DNA of 64,000 nt, taken from the NCBI GenBank assembly GCA_035511075.1, contig DATKFW010000032.1, positions 82,950 to 146,949 of the forward strand, read 5' to 3'. Origin of the DNA: Vulcanimicrobiaceae bacterium (lineage in GTDB: Bacteria; Verrucomicrobiota; Verrucomicrobiia; Limisphaerales; Palsa-1400). Of this stretch, positions 55,320-64,000 are shown piece after piece (within the stretch, counting starts at the first letter, position 1; each line of letters starts with the position of its first letter). The translations under genes and the position numbers were made by a program. Below the pieces are notes generated by a model. It saw nothing but the letters and a program-made list of their open reading frames with translations, was not told where the DNA came from and made no database searches.

Positions 55320-57451
55320 AATCAATCCTGCGCTTTTTCCTGCGGGTCTTGTTCCGGTTTCGCGCCGAGAACACCGGGGCGCTCAACACTCCCGGGCCGG
55401 TCATGCTGCTGCCCAATCACACGTCCTGGATCGATTGGCTGTTCATCGCGGCTTGCGTCGATACGAGTTGGCGCTTTGTAACCTCCAAGGACGGCGCGCA
55501 AGTCAGTTGGGTGCATCGATTGGTAATGATCAATCGTTTTACCTTCCCGGTCGAAGTCGATTCGCCCTACGCCGTCAAACGCATCGCCGAATACCTTAAG
55601 AGCGGGGGCAAATTGGTGCTCTTTCCCGAAGGGCGCCTTTCGCGCACGGGGTCGCTGATGAAACTTTTTGACGGCACAGGCTTTTTGCTTTTCAAGACCG
55701 ACGCCAGGATCATTACCTGCTACCTGCGCGGCGCGGAAAGGCTCCCCTTCTCACCCAATCCCAACCGCAAATCGCCGTTGCCAACCGTCTCGGCCCACTT
55801 CAGCGACATTTTGACTCCACCCAAGTTGGAAGGGATGAGCACCATGCGCGCGCGCCAGAAATTGACCCGCTGGCTCTATGACGTCATGGTGCTCCAGCAA
55901 TTTGAACTTGAGATGGCCGCCGCTCCGCAGACGATCCTGGGCCAGATCGTGCAAGCGGCGCGGTGTTTTCCCTCGGCGACGGTCCTCCAGGATGTCACGC
56001 GGAAAAAACTCACTTTGCGCCGGTTGCTGGCGAGCGCCGCGGCCATCGCGGAACAATGGCGCCAGTTATTGCCGGCTGGCTCCGACGAACGCATCGGCGT
56101 GCTGCTTCCCAATTCCAACGCCGTTCCCGCAACTCTTCTCAGCCTCTGGTCGGTCTCCAGGGTTCCCGCCATTTTCAACTACTCCACCGGCATTCCGACG
56201 ATGCTCGCCTGCGCCCAATTGGCCGGAGTCAAAGATATTATTACGTCACGGACGTTCCTGGAACGGGCCAGGCTGAACCTTCAACCGATGGCGGACGCGG
56301 GCATCCGCATCATCTATCTGGAGGACGTGCGCGCCCGCATTTCCCGCCCACGGCAATGGCGCGCCCTGGCCCGCGCCGCGTTTTGGCCCCAATCCCTTGT
56401 CGGAACGCAACAACGCGACTCGACGGCCGTCATTCTCTTTACCAGCGGGTCCGAGGGTCCGCCCAAAGGCGTCGAATTGACTCACGGCAACCTGGTCTCC
56501 AATATCGGCCAGATGCTTGCGGTGCTGGATTTGATGGATTGCGATCGCATGTTCAACGCGCTGCCGCTGTTCCATAGTTTTGGATTGCTGGGGTTGCTCC
56601 TTGGCCTGGCGCGCGGGATTTTCGTTTTTCTTTATCCCTCGCCGTTGCACTACCGCATCATCCCGTCGCTCTTTTACGATTTGGATTGCACGATTTTTTT
56701 CGGCACCGGCACCTTTCTCAACGGCTACGCGCGCAAGGCCAATGCATACGATTTCCGCACCGTGCGACTACTCGTTGCCGGCGCGGAAAAATTGCAGGAA
56801 ACCACCGCCAACACGTGGGCGCGGCAATTTGGCGTGCGCGTGCTGGAAGGATACGGCGCCACCGAATGCAGCCCGGCAATTACAGTCAACACGCTGCTAA
56901 ATCCGCGTTTCGGGTCCGCCGGCAGGTTGCTGCCGGGAATCCAGCATCGCCTCGAACCGGTCGAAGGCGTCACGGAAGGCGGACGCCTTTGGGTGCGCGG
57001 GCCCAACATCATGCGCGGCTACCTCAACCCGGAGGCCAACGCCCGGTTCATTGAACAAGGCGGATGGTACGACACCGGTGATATTGCCCGAATTGACGAC
57101 GATGGGTTTCTTTACATATTGGGACGCCTTAAGAGGTTTGCAAAGGTGAGCGGCGAAATGGTCAGCCTGACCGCCGCCGAGGAAGTCCTGGCCGGCGCGT
57201 TTCCGAAATACGGAGTGCGGTTTCAAATTGCCGTGCTTGCCCGACCCGACCCGGAGCGCGGCGAGGCATTGATCGCCGTGTCGAACGAACCGAAGTTGAA
57301 TTTGGACGAGGTTCGCGCCGCCATTCGGGCCGGCGGCTTGAGCAACCTTTACGTGCCGCGTGAGGTCAAATATCTACACGACATCCCCAAGCTGGGCACC
57401 GGCAAGGTCGATCATCGAGAGCTCCAGCGGTTGACTGCGCAAGAAAAATGA
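55316..57451 (+). CDS. aas: bifunctional 2-acylglycerophosphoethanolamine acyltransferase / acyl-ACP synthetase (Aas-like)
   Basis: ATG at 55316. PlsC HX4D motif NHTSWID. AMP-binding motifs TSGSEGPPKGV and EGYGATE, with C-terminal ..PKLGTGKVD... The upstream 180 codons of the listed ORF are a spurious extension. Confidence 0.85.
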   Translation: MKSILRFFLRVLFRFRAENTGALNTPGPVMLLPNHTSWIDWLFIAACVDTSWRFVTSKDGAQVSWVHRLVMINRFTFPVEVDSPYAVKRIAEYLKSGGKLVLFPEGRLSRTGSLMKLFDGTGFLLFKTDARIITCYLRGAERLPFSPNPNRKSPLPTVSAHFSDILTPPKLEGMSTMRARQKLTRWLYDVMVLQQFELEMAAAPQTILGQIVQAARCFPSATVLQDVTRKKLTLRRLLASAAAIAEQWRQLLPAGSDERIGVLLPNSNAVPATLLSLWSVSRVPAIFNYSTGIPTMLACAQLAGVKDIITSRTFLERARLNLQPMADAGIRIIYLEDVRARISRPRQWRALARAAFWPQSLVGTQQRDSTAVILFTSGSEGPPKGVELTHGNLVSNIGQMLAVLDLMDCDRMFNALPLFHSFGLLGLLLGLARGIFVFLYPSPLHYRIIPSLFYDLDCTIFFGTGTFLNGYARKANAYDFRTVRLLVAGAEKLQETTANTWARQFGVRVLEGYGATECSPAITVNTLLNPRFGSAGRLLPGIQHRLEPVEGVTEGGRLWVRGPNIMRGYLNPEANARFIEQGGWYDTGDIARIDDDGFLYILGRLKRFAKVSGEMVSLTAAEEVLAGAFPKYGVRFQIAVLARPDPERGEALIAVSNEPKLNLDEVRAAIRAGGLSNLYVPREVKYLHDIPKLGTGKVDHRELQRLTAQEK

Positions 57452-58995
57452 CGGAAGTCTGCCCATCGCCACCGCGGTCGGCGGAGAGTTGCTGGCTGAC
57501 ACGGTTTGTCATTCTTCGTTTGCTGGGTTGTGTGTACGCGGTGGCATTTTTGGCCGCGGCGAAGCAAATCCTTCCACTGATCGGCTCTCACGGACTCCTG
57601 CCGCTGGATTTATTTTTCACACGCGTGGAGAACGCTTTGGGATCGTCTGCCGCCGGTTTTGCGCGATTGCCCTCCGTGTTCTGGTTCGCGCATTCGGACG
57701 CAGTCCTGCAACTGACGGCGTGGGGCGGTTTCGTCCTCTCATGCGTCGTGGTGGCCGGCTACGCCAACGCCATCGTCATGACGGTGCTATGGATCCTCTA
57801 CATGTCATTCGTCCACGTCGGACAGGACTGGTATGGCTACGGGTGGGAAATCCAACTGCTGGAGACCGGATTCCTGGCGATCTTTCTTTGCCCGTTGCTG
57901 GATGGCCGTCCGTTTCCAAAACGGGACCCGCCGCTGGTGGTGCTCTGGCTGTTTCGCTGGCTTATCTTTCGTATCATGTTCGGCGCAGCGATCATCAAAC
58001 TGCGCGGCGACCCGGCCTGGCGCGATCTGACGGCGCTCTACTACCATTTCGAGACCCAGCCGATCCCCAATCCGTTGAGCCGCTTTATTCACTTCCTGCC
58101 GCGCTGGATGCTCGAAGCCGGCGTCCTGTTCAATTTCCTGGCGGAACTGATCGCGCCGTGGTTTGCTTTTTATCCACGCATCTCCCGGCACATTGCGGGA
58201 GTGATAATGGTCGTATTTCAATTCACGCTCATTCTGGGCGGCAACCTTTCCTTCCTGAACTGGCTGACCATCGTGCCGGCGCTGGCGTGTTTCGACGATG
58301 GCTTCTGGGCGAAGTTGTTCCCCCGCGCGCTGGCAAATCGCGCAATCACGGCCGCCGCCGCGGCGCAACCCAGCCGTCCGATGCGCGGCGCGGCGTGGAC
58401 GGTGGCTGCGATTGTCGGCGTCTTGAGCGTTCTGCCCGTGGCCAACATGCTTTCGCCGGGGCAGATCATGAATACGTCGTTCGATCCGCTGGACCTGGTC
58501 AACACCTACGGCGCCTTCGGCAGCGTGGGCCGCGAGCGGTTGAACGTCGTTTTTGAAGGCACGGACGCCGAGGCGCCCGACGCCCGTGCTGTGTGGAAGG
58601 CGTATCCTTACGAGGCGTTGCCGGTGGCGTTGAACCGGATGCCCCGGCAGATTGCGCCCTACCAGCCGCGACTGGACTGGCAGATGTGGTTCGCCGCAAT
58701 GAGCACTGCCGACGAATATCCCTGGACGCTGCATCTGGTTTGGAAACTTCTGCACAACGATCCGGGCGCGCTGAGTCTCTTTGGCGGAAATCCGTTTCCC
58801 AAAAAACCGCCCCGCTACATTCGCGCCGTGCTGTATCGTTACGAATTTGCGCGGCCGGGAAATCCCGAAGGCAACTGGTGGAATCGCCAGGAGTTGGGCC
58901 TCTGGCTGCCGCCGTTGTCCGCGAACGATCCGCGTCTGCTCACTCTGTTGAAAGACGCCGGCTGGCTTGAACACACAAACCGGGTCAGTCCATGA
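57448..58995 (+). CDS. polytopic membrane protein, lipase-maturation-factor (LMF/DUF1222)-like
   Basis: The ATG overlaps the aas stop (ATGA). ..WYGYGWEIQLLETGFLAIFL.. and ..YGAFGSV..R.EVV.EGT.. resemble LMF-family signatures as I recall them. Confidence 0.5.
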   Translation: MTEVCPSPPRSAESCWLTRFVILRLLGCVYAVAFLAAAKQILPLIGSHGLLPLDLFFTRVENALGSSAAGFARLPSVFWFAHSDAVLQLTAWGGFVLSCVVVAGYANAIVMTVLWILYMSFVHVGQDWYGYGWEIQLLETGFLAIFLCPLLDGRPFPKRDPPLVVLWLFRWLIFRIMFGAAIIKLRGDPAWRDLTALYYHFETQPIPNPLSRFIHFLPRWMLEAGVLFNFLAELIAPWFAFYPRISRHIAGVIMVVFQFTLILGGNLSFLNWLTIVPALACFDDGFWAKLFPRALANRAITAAAAAQPSRPMRGAAWTVAAIVGVLSVLPVANMLSPGQIMNTSFDPLDLVNTYGAFGSVGRERLNVVFEGTDAEAPDARAVWKAYPYEALPVALNRMPRQIAPYQPRLDWQMWFAAMSTADEYPWTLHLVWKLLHNDPGALSLFGGNPFPKKPPRYIRAVLYRYEFARPGNPEGNWWNRQELGLWLPPLSANDPRLLTLLKDAGWLEHTNRVSP

Positions 58996-58999
58996 ACCG

Positions 59000-59476
59000 T
59001 CATTTGAAGGCTTCCAGCAGGCCGGATTGGAAATAGGCGCTCATGTCCATTGCCGCCACGGCGCGGGCTTCCTCCGGTGTGAGGCCGCCCCGGCGCACGG
59101 TATCCGTGTCCGGCGAGCCAAGCTGGACCCAACTGCCCACGCGGATGTCATTCAAGACCTGCAGGAGCCACTCCAATTGTTCGCCACTGAGATTCAAATA
59201 AAGCTCGTCCCCGGCTTCCTGGAACACAGGGGCGTCGGCGCGAAGAAATTCGGTTAATCTGGCCTTGTGTTCCGCGGTCTGCCGCGCCATCGCCTCTTCG
59301 AGCAGGCATTGCTCGGCGGGCACGGCATTCTTTGGATCCTTGGTGAGCCGATGGTAGGAGGGGTCAAGCACAGGAAAGATTTGGACCGTCGCCAGCAACA
59401 ATGCCTTTTCCAGCTTGCTGATTTGAAAGCGGAGAACCTGCGGGGCGGTGGCGGTTGGGGCTGGGTCAAATCTCAT
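59000..59476 (-). CDS. hypothetical protein translationally coupled to clpS (DUF2017-like by context)
   Basis: 158 aa. The ATG overlaps the clpS stop (ATGA at 59473-59476). ..LEWLLQVLNDIRVGSW.. is reminiscent of the ClpS-adjacent DUF2017 proteins. Confidence 0.5.
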   Translation of the reverse strand: MRFDPAPTATAPQVLRFQISKLEKALLLATVQIFPVLDPSYHRLTKDPKNAVPAEQCLLEEAMARQTAEHKARLTEFLRADAPVFQEAGDELYLNLSGEQLEWLLQVLNDIRVGSWVQLGSPDTDTVRRGGLTPEEARAVAAMDMSAYFQSGLLEAFK

Positions 59477-59781
59477 TCTTCGCGTTCCATCGTGGCCTGG
59501 AGCCCGTAACCGTGCAGTTGATGGACATAATGTTCGGCTTTTTCAAAAGTCTCGCGCACCAGGAGGCTCTTGCCGGCATTATGCACCTCCAGCATGTGCT
59601 TTTCCGCCTTGGCCCTGGCCCAGCCAAAAACCACCTGGAACACATGGCTCACATAATCCATTAAATTCACCGGGTCGTTCCAGCAAATGACCAGATAGCC
59701 GCGGTCGAGGTCTTCCTTGGACCTGGTTTGCTCATCCTGTTCTTCATCTGGAACCGTGATTGGCGTTGTTGTTTCCGGCAT
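59473..59781 (-). CDS. clpS: ATP-dependent Clp protease adaptor ClpS
   Basis: ATG at 59781. ..YLVICWNDPVNLMDYVSHVFQVVFGWARAKAEKHMLEVHNAGKSLL.., the canonical ClpS core. Confidence 0.9.
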   Translation of the reverse strand: MPETTTPITVPDEEQDEQTRSKEDLDRGYLVICWNDPVNLMDYVSHVFQVVFGWARAKAEKHMLEVHNAGKSLLVRETFEKAEHYVHQLHGYGLQATMEREE

Positions 59782-59883
59782 GGAGCAATGATACTCAATT
59801 CTTGGAAAAATCCCTATGAAATTATCACGCGCAAAATCCCGCCGTCGCATCTTCTCCGTGTCATCCGGGCCGATCCGTGGTAA

Positions 59884-62187
59884 ATGCTGGGGCCAATGCG
59901 CGGCCCCGGCGATCCACAACCTGGTTTTGACGGCTGGTTTTCACCCGGTCGGTTTTTGTTCCTGCTGGGTATTTTAACCGTCATTACCTATCCGGGAATC
60001 GTTTTTGGGACGCGCGTCTTCACTTATCGCGATGCGGGATTGTTTACCTATCCCGTCGCCTATTATTTTCGCGATTGTTTTTGGCACGGACAGTGGCCGC
60101 TCTGGAACCCTTACAACAACTGCGGCATACCGTTCCTGGCCCAATGGAACACGCTGACGCTCTATCCGCCGTCCCTCATTTATCTTCTCCTGCCATTGCC
60201 GTGGTCGTTAAACGTATTTTTGCTCGCCCATCTCTTTCTGGCCGCACTCGGAATGTATCGCCTCTGTCATCTTTGGTTTGGAAGCCGCCTCGGCGCCAGC
60301 GTGGCGGCCCTGGCCTTCGCATGGAATGGATTGACCTTTCAATTCCTTGCATGGTCGAGTCACGTCGCCGCGCTGGCGTGGATGCCGTGGGTGATTTTGA
60401 ATTGCGCGCGCGCCACACGCGAGGGAGGACGCCGTTGGGTTTGGGCCGCTTTGGCAGGCGCATGCCAAATGCTGACCGGCGCGCCCGAGACCGTTCTCTT
60501 CACCTGGCTGATAGTCGTCGCGGTCCTGGTTCTCGACGTCGTGCACTCGAAGCAGGCTTTTTGGACTGCGGCAATGCGCCTGGCGTGGGTTGTGGCGCTG
60601 GTTTGCGCGTTAAGCGCCGCCCAGTTGTTGCCGTGGCTGGATTTGTTGGCGCACGGGGATCGTTCCAGCGGGAGCGGGGGCAATGCCTGGGCGTTGCCTC
60701 CGTGGGGCCTGGCGAACTTTCTTGTCCCGCTTTTCCACTCCGCCGGCTCCGTCACCGGCGTTTTCATGCAGGCGGAACAACAATGGACCTCCTCCTATTA
60801 TCTGGGGATTCTACCGCTGCTGCTGGCCCTGGTCGCGGTCTGGCGGCAGCGGGGGGCGCGATGCGTCCTGCTGGCAGTTCTGGCCCTGGCGGCGATCCTG
60901 CTCGCATTCGGCGACGCCGGATATCTTCTCGCGTTGCTCCGTCGTTGCATCCCGCTTTTGGGCTTCACCCGGTATCCGATCAAGTTTATTGTCATGGCGA
61001 TTTTTTGTTTGTCGCTGCTGGCCGGGGCGGGCGCGGCATGGCTGCAAACGCAGACGTTTGAGGAAATTGCGGCGACACTGCGGCCGATGGCGGGGCTGTT
61101 GGCCCTTGGGGTGCTCGTGGTGCTGGCCGTCGGATTCTGGTTTCCATTTCCTTCCGATTCATGGAGGGCCACCTGGCTTAACGGTCTTGGCCGCCTGATT
61201 GTCCTGGGCATCGGACTCGGTTTGCTGCTGTTCATTTTTGCGGCCGGGCGCGAGCGGACCCGCGCGCTCCTTGCGTTTGGATTTCTTTTATTGGCAGGTC
61301 TGGACGTTTCCGTTCACGAACCGCGGCAAAATCCCGACGTGGCCGCCGAAGCTTACGGCGAGCGGATGCCGGCGATGTCCGGCGCGCCGCGATTGGGTGA
61401 ATCGCGCGCCATGCTCAGCCCGCCCGCGGACCGGACGATGGGCGTGCTGGCCAACTCGGATTTGCTGCAATTGTATCTAGGCGAGCGCGCCGAGCTGTAC
61501 GAGAATTGCAACCTGCTGAACCGGATTCCCAAAGTGGACGGTTTCTTTGGCATTCATCTGGCGTGGCAGCAAGAAGTCGCCGGCCTCCTCAACAGCAGCG
61601 AGCCGCCGCCGGGCCTGCTTGAATTTCTCGGCGTCTCGCAGATCGCCTCGCCGCGAGATCTCTTCGTCTGGGTCGCGCAAACCAATTTCATGCCGCTGGC
61701 CACAATCGGCCAGAAGCCGGAATTCCTTGACGATGACGCCGCGTTTTCGGCGTTGGGATCGCCGGAATTTCTGCCGCGACAAATTGTCTATCTGCCGTCC
61801 AACGCGCGGCAGTCCCTGCAAGCCGTCGCCGACCCCGGCGCGCGTGTCCTTTCCAGCGATGTGCATTCGGGAGAATGCATTTTTGAGACCAGCGCCGAGT
61901 CGCGCGCGATTCTGGTGATCGCGCAGTCCTATTACCACTGTTGGAAAGCGACCGTGGATGGAAAAGCCGCCGAGTTGTATCGGGCCAATTACGCGTATCA
62001 GGCCGTCGAAGTTCCAGCCGGCCGGCATGAGGTGCGTCTGGTTTATCGAGACCGGCTTTTCTGGCTTGGGCTGGGCATCTCGCTGGCGGCGCTGATTTGT
62101 TGCTTTGGCGGGTTGGTGAAAACCGGGCGGAATACGGGAAAAGTGCGCGGTCTGGACGGAAGCGAGGGCAATGCCAGCGACGCCTGA
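59884..62187 (+). CDS. large polytopic membrane protein, YfhO-like (putative glycosyl-transfer membrane protein)
   Basis: 767 aa with more than 12 TM segments. N-terminus ..FTYRDAGLFTYPVAYYFRDCFWHGQWPLWNPYNNCGIPF... C-terminus ..CWKATVDGKAAELYRANYAYQAVEVPAGRHEVRLVY.. as in YfhO-type proteins. Confidence 0.55.
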   Translation: MLGPMRGPGDPQPGFDGWFSPGRFLFLLGILTVITYPGIVFGTRVFTYRDAGLFTYPVAYYFRDCFWHGQWPLWNPYNNCGIPFLAQWNTLTLYPPSLIYLLLPLPWSLNVFLLAHLFLAALGMYRLCHLWFGSRLGASVAALAFAWNGLTFQFLAWSSHVAALAWMPWVILNCARATREGGRRWVWAALAGACQMLTGAPETVLFTWLIVVAVLVLDVVHSKQAFWTAAMRLAWVVALVCALSAAQLLPWLDLLAHGDRSSGSGGNAWALPPWGLANFLVPLFHSAGSVTGVFMQAEQQWTSSYYLGILPLLLALVAVWRQRGARCVLLAVLALAAILLAFGDAGYLLALLRRCIPLLGFTRYPIKFIVMAIFCLSLLAGAGAAWLQTQTFEEIAATLRPMAGLLALGVLVVLAVGFWFPFPSDSWRATWLNGLGRLIVLGIGLGLLLFIFAAGRERTRALLAFGFLLLAGLDVSVHEPRQNPDVAAEAYGERMPAMSGAPRLGESRAMLSPPADRTMGVLANSDLLQLYLGERAELYENCNLLNRIPKVDGFFGIHLAWQQEVAGLLNSSEPPPGLLEFLGVSQIASPRDLFVWVAQTNFMPLATIGQKPEFLDDDAAFSALGSPEFLPRQIVYLPSNARQSLQAVADPGARVLSSDVHSGECIFETSAESRAILVIAQSYYHCWKATVDGKAAELYRANYAYQAVEVPAGRHEVRLVYRDRLFWLGLGISLAALICCFGGLVKTGRNTGKVRGLDGSEGNASDA

Positions 62188-62343
62188 CATCCGGCGGCGA
62201 CGGAGCGGTTGCGCAAACTTCTCCGCGCCCGGAAATGAATCCGGGAGATTTGCCTGAAACGTATGGCCGGCCAAGAGTCGCTCGCTTAAATGATTGATGA
62301 GGCGGAGCGAATTCAGAAACGGCGTTAGGCATCTTCGATTTTC

Positions 62344-62529
62344 TTGCTGGTCATTTGTCTGTTTGATAGGCTCCACCTCATGCCGGTGACGTTTGAGGAA
62401 TCATTTGCAGTAGTTCAATCGCTTGGGAAGGAACGCGGGTCGCTTGGCCGCCAGATTGACGCCCTCGTTTACGACCTTTACAGCCTGACAGATAATGATT
62501 TCAAGATTGTGGAGGGAGGCTCTAAATGA
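62344..62529 (+). pseudogene. C-terminal remnant of a restriction-modification/BREX-type methyltransferase gene
   Basis: ..RQIDALVYDLYSLTDNDFKIVEGG matches the (I)D.LVY.LYGLTEEEI.IVE tail common to type IIG/Eco57I-like and PglX-type enzymes. No upstream catalytic domain is present. Low G+C. Confidence 0.5.
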
Positions 62530-62738
62530 ACCTTGAAAGGTGGTCGTGGATTGCGGGGATTGCTGCAATACCATTGGGTGTTTTCGTTTGGTTATTCGAC
62601 CGCAAACAAGTTATCAAGTTTTGCAAACGGCGATGGGGAACTGTTTTGGTTGCATTTGCAATAGTTGGGTCAACCGTTCTCTGGATACGTGGATGTTTCA
62701 ATTGGCTCTTTCATCCTGTCACTTTACCTCTTTGGATT

Positions 62739-63071
62739 TTAGTAGAGATTTCCCGAACCGTCAAAAGCCAGGGAAGTGATCTGGCCGTCCACCCCCGAGC
62801 CGAGCGCGCTCCAACTGTTGCCGTCCCATTTTGCAATGTTGGCGGCAAAGATCGTGCCGATTGTGCCGAAACTTCCTCCCACATAAAGATTGCCGTTCGT
62901 ATCGACCGCCGTCGCGTAAATCACGCCGCCGGCCCCGGCAATTCCGCCCAGGCTGACCCAGTTGGCATCGCTGAAGGTCGCTTGCGCACGGGCGGTGGCA
63001 ACAATCATGGCGGCAGGCGGGAGGAATAGCAGCAGTGACAGCCATTGGATGATGCGATGATTCTTTTTCAT
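62739..63071 (-). pseudogene. truncated 5' part of a secreted repeat (beta-propeller-like) protein gene
   Basis: Signal peptide plus ..NWVSLGGIAGAGGVIYATAVDTNGNLYVGGSFGTIGTIFAANIAKWDGNSWSALGSG..SGNLY. It ends abruptly after 110 aa at the boundary with low-G+C DNA. Such repeats normally continue for hundreds of residues. Confidence 0.5.
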
Positions 63072-63100
63072 AGTTTTCCATTCTCAATGAATTGTTGCCG

Positions 63101-64000
63101 TTACGGGAAGCTGACGCCGTAGAAGCGATTGGGATAATTGGTCCACTGCGGATCGCTGAAATAGGACGCGCCTCCGGTCAAAGTATTGGTGGCCACCGGC
63201 ACCCAGACGGGATTCGACAGATTCGTGCAGGCTTCCACCACGACGACCAAATTGTTCGGGCCCGTGATGTTAAACCCGAACTGATTTGACACCACGCCGA
63301 AACTGGCATCACCAGTCTGTACATGTGGATTCCACAATACTGCTGGAGCCAAACCACTCTCTTCATTAAAGGCGCCCCAGCCCGTGGTCCCGGGCAGATA
63401 GTAAGCAGAGGGGGCGCCGCCGATTTCGTCAAAAGGCTCGGAATTAGTTATAGTGGGGGCATTGCCTTGGAAATAAACAGCCCTCAGGCTGATGCAGTCA
63501 CCGAACGCCTGACCGCCAATGCTAGTGACGCCACCGCCAATGGTGACACTCGTCAGGTAGCGGCACGAATCGAACGCATAGGCTGAGATACTGGTGACGG
63601 TGTTGGGAACCGTGTAACTTCCGCTGATGCCGACCGGAGCTTCAACAAGCGCTGTTTGGTTTTTGTCGAACAACACGCCAGCCGCGCTGCTATAAAATAG
63701 ATTGCTTGGATCCACCGTTATGTTGGTAAGATTGAAGCAGAAATAGAATACCTCGGCTCCGATGTTGGTGACGCTCTCAGGAATCGTGACGGTTGTCAGT
63801 CCTTCGCACGAAGAGAACGCCTCATATCCGATGGTAGTGACGCTGTCCGGGATCGTCACACTGGTCAGTGAGCAGCCGGAGAACGCGCCATCTCCGATGG
63901 TGGTGAGGCTGTCGGGAATAGTGACGTTCGTCAGAGGGCAACCGGCGAAGGCGTTTCCGAGGGTGGTGAGGCTGGTGGGAATGACAAGGCTCGTCAGTGG
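63101..64000 (-). CDS. BspA-type leucine-rich-repeat surface protein, C-terminal part (5' end beyond the window)
   Basis: Repeating ..TIPDSVT(T/N)IG..AF..C..LT.V.. units. My translation of 63860-64000 stays open and continues the repeats (..LTNVTIPDSLTTIGDGAFSGCSLTSVTIPDS..). Ends ..NRFYGVSFP. Confidence 0.8.
   Translation of the reverse strand, partial: PLTSLVIPTSLTTLGNAFAGCPLTNVTIPDSLTTIGDGAFSGCSLTSVTIPDSVTTIGYEAFSSCEGLTTVTIPESVTNIGAEVFYFCFNLTNITVDPSNLFYSSAAGVLFDKNQTALVEAPVGISGSYTVPNTVTSISAYAFDSCRYLTSVTIGGGVTSIGGQAFGDCISLRAVYFQGNAPTITNSEPFDEIGGAPSAYYLPGTTGWGAFNEESGLAPAVLWNPHVQTGDASFGVVSNQFGFNITGPNNLVVVVEACTNLSNPVWVPVATNTLTGGASYFSDPQWTNYPNRFYGVSFP

Noticed and set aside
62750-63029. Second half of the 167-aa plus-strand ORF 62526-63029
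   Set aside because: It lies antisense to a recognisable signal peptide plus repeat coding sequence (62739-63071). Only the first ~75 codons look protein-like, so this is interpreted as read-through past a rearrangement junction.
1-64000. CRISPR arrays, rRNA genes, and tmRNA / RNase P / SRP RNA
   Set aside because: No regularly spaced short direct repeats and no recognisable conserved cores were seen by eye. This is a visual scan only, and covariance-model searches could still find small RNAs.

Overview
High-G+C bacterial chromosomal segment. Several signatures suggest Verrucomicrobiota/PVC (inference): a PEP-CTERM sorting signal, a prepilin-type N-terminus ([24 protein letters not shown]), an ECF sigma + Ser/Thr kinase pair, Bacteroidetes-type ParE/ParC, and secreted modules ending in FYR(V/L). 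I call about 55 genes. Most are housekeeping or metabolic: fabI, pyc, prpBCD, apaG, infA, rsmB, parE/parC, carA, hemB, clpS and aas. There is also a two-component pair, several transporters and a rhamnogalacturonan-type utilisation cluster. I found no rRNA genes and no CRISPR array. The stand-out region is 26.3-35.8 kb. An intact tRNA-Val(GAC) is followed by an ~8.2-kb element of visibly lower G+C. The element encodes a tyrosine integrase, an excisionase-like HTH protein, a membrane-anchored HTH protein, and a small two-tyrosine HUH Rep (phiX174 gpA-like motif) next to a long hairpin. Its cargo is a three-gene operon of uncharacterised secreted proteins: one has a clan-CD-like His-Gly...Ala-Cys C-terminal domain, and the other two are paralogues of each other. 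Three copies of the tRNA 3' end mark the region. A ~300-bp end module carrying an outward sigma70-like promoter is duplicated on either side of a PEP-CTERM gene. The integrase reading frame would gain 66 codons in the excised circle. Other oddities: a ~200-bp MITE-like inverted repeat fused to the prpD stop codon; a 107-aa mini-LplT that looks like an in-frame deletion derivative coupled to aas; a PIN toxin module; a GreA-like fusion protein; a rearrangement scar with a restriction/methylase C-terminal remnant at 62.2-63.1 kb; and nine 4-nt (ATGA/GTGA) start/stop overlaps. All family calls rest on motif recognition by eye, and no database search was possible.
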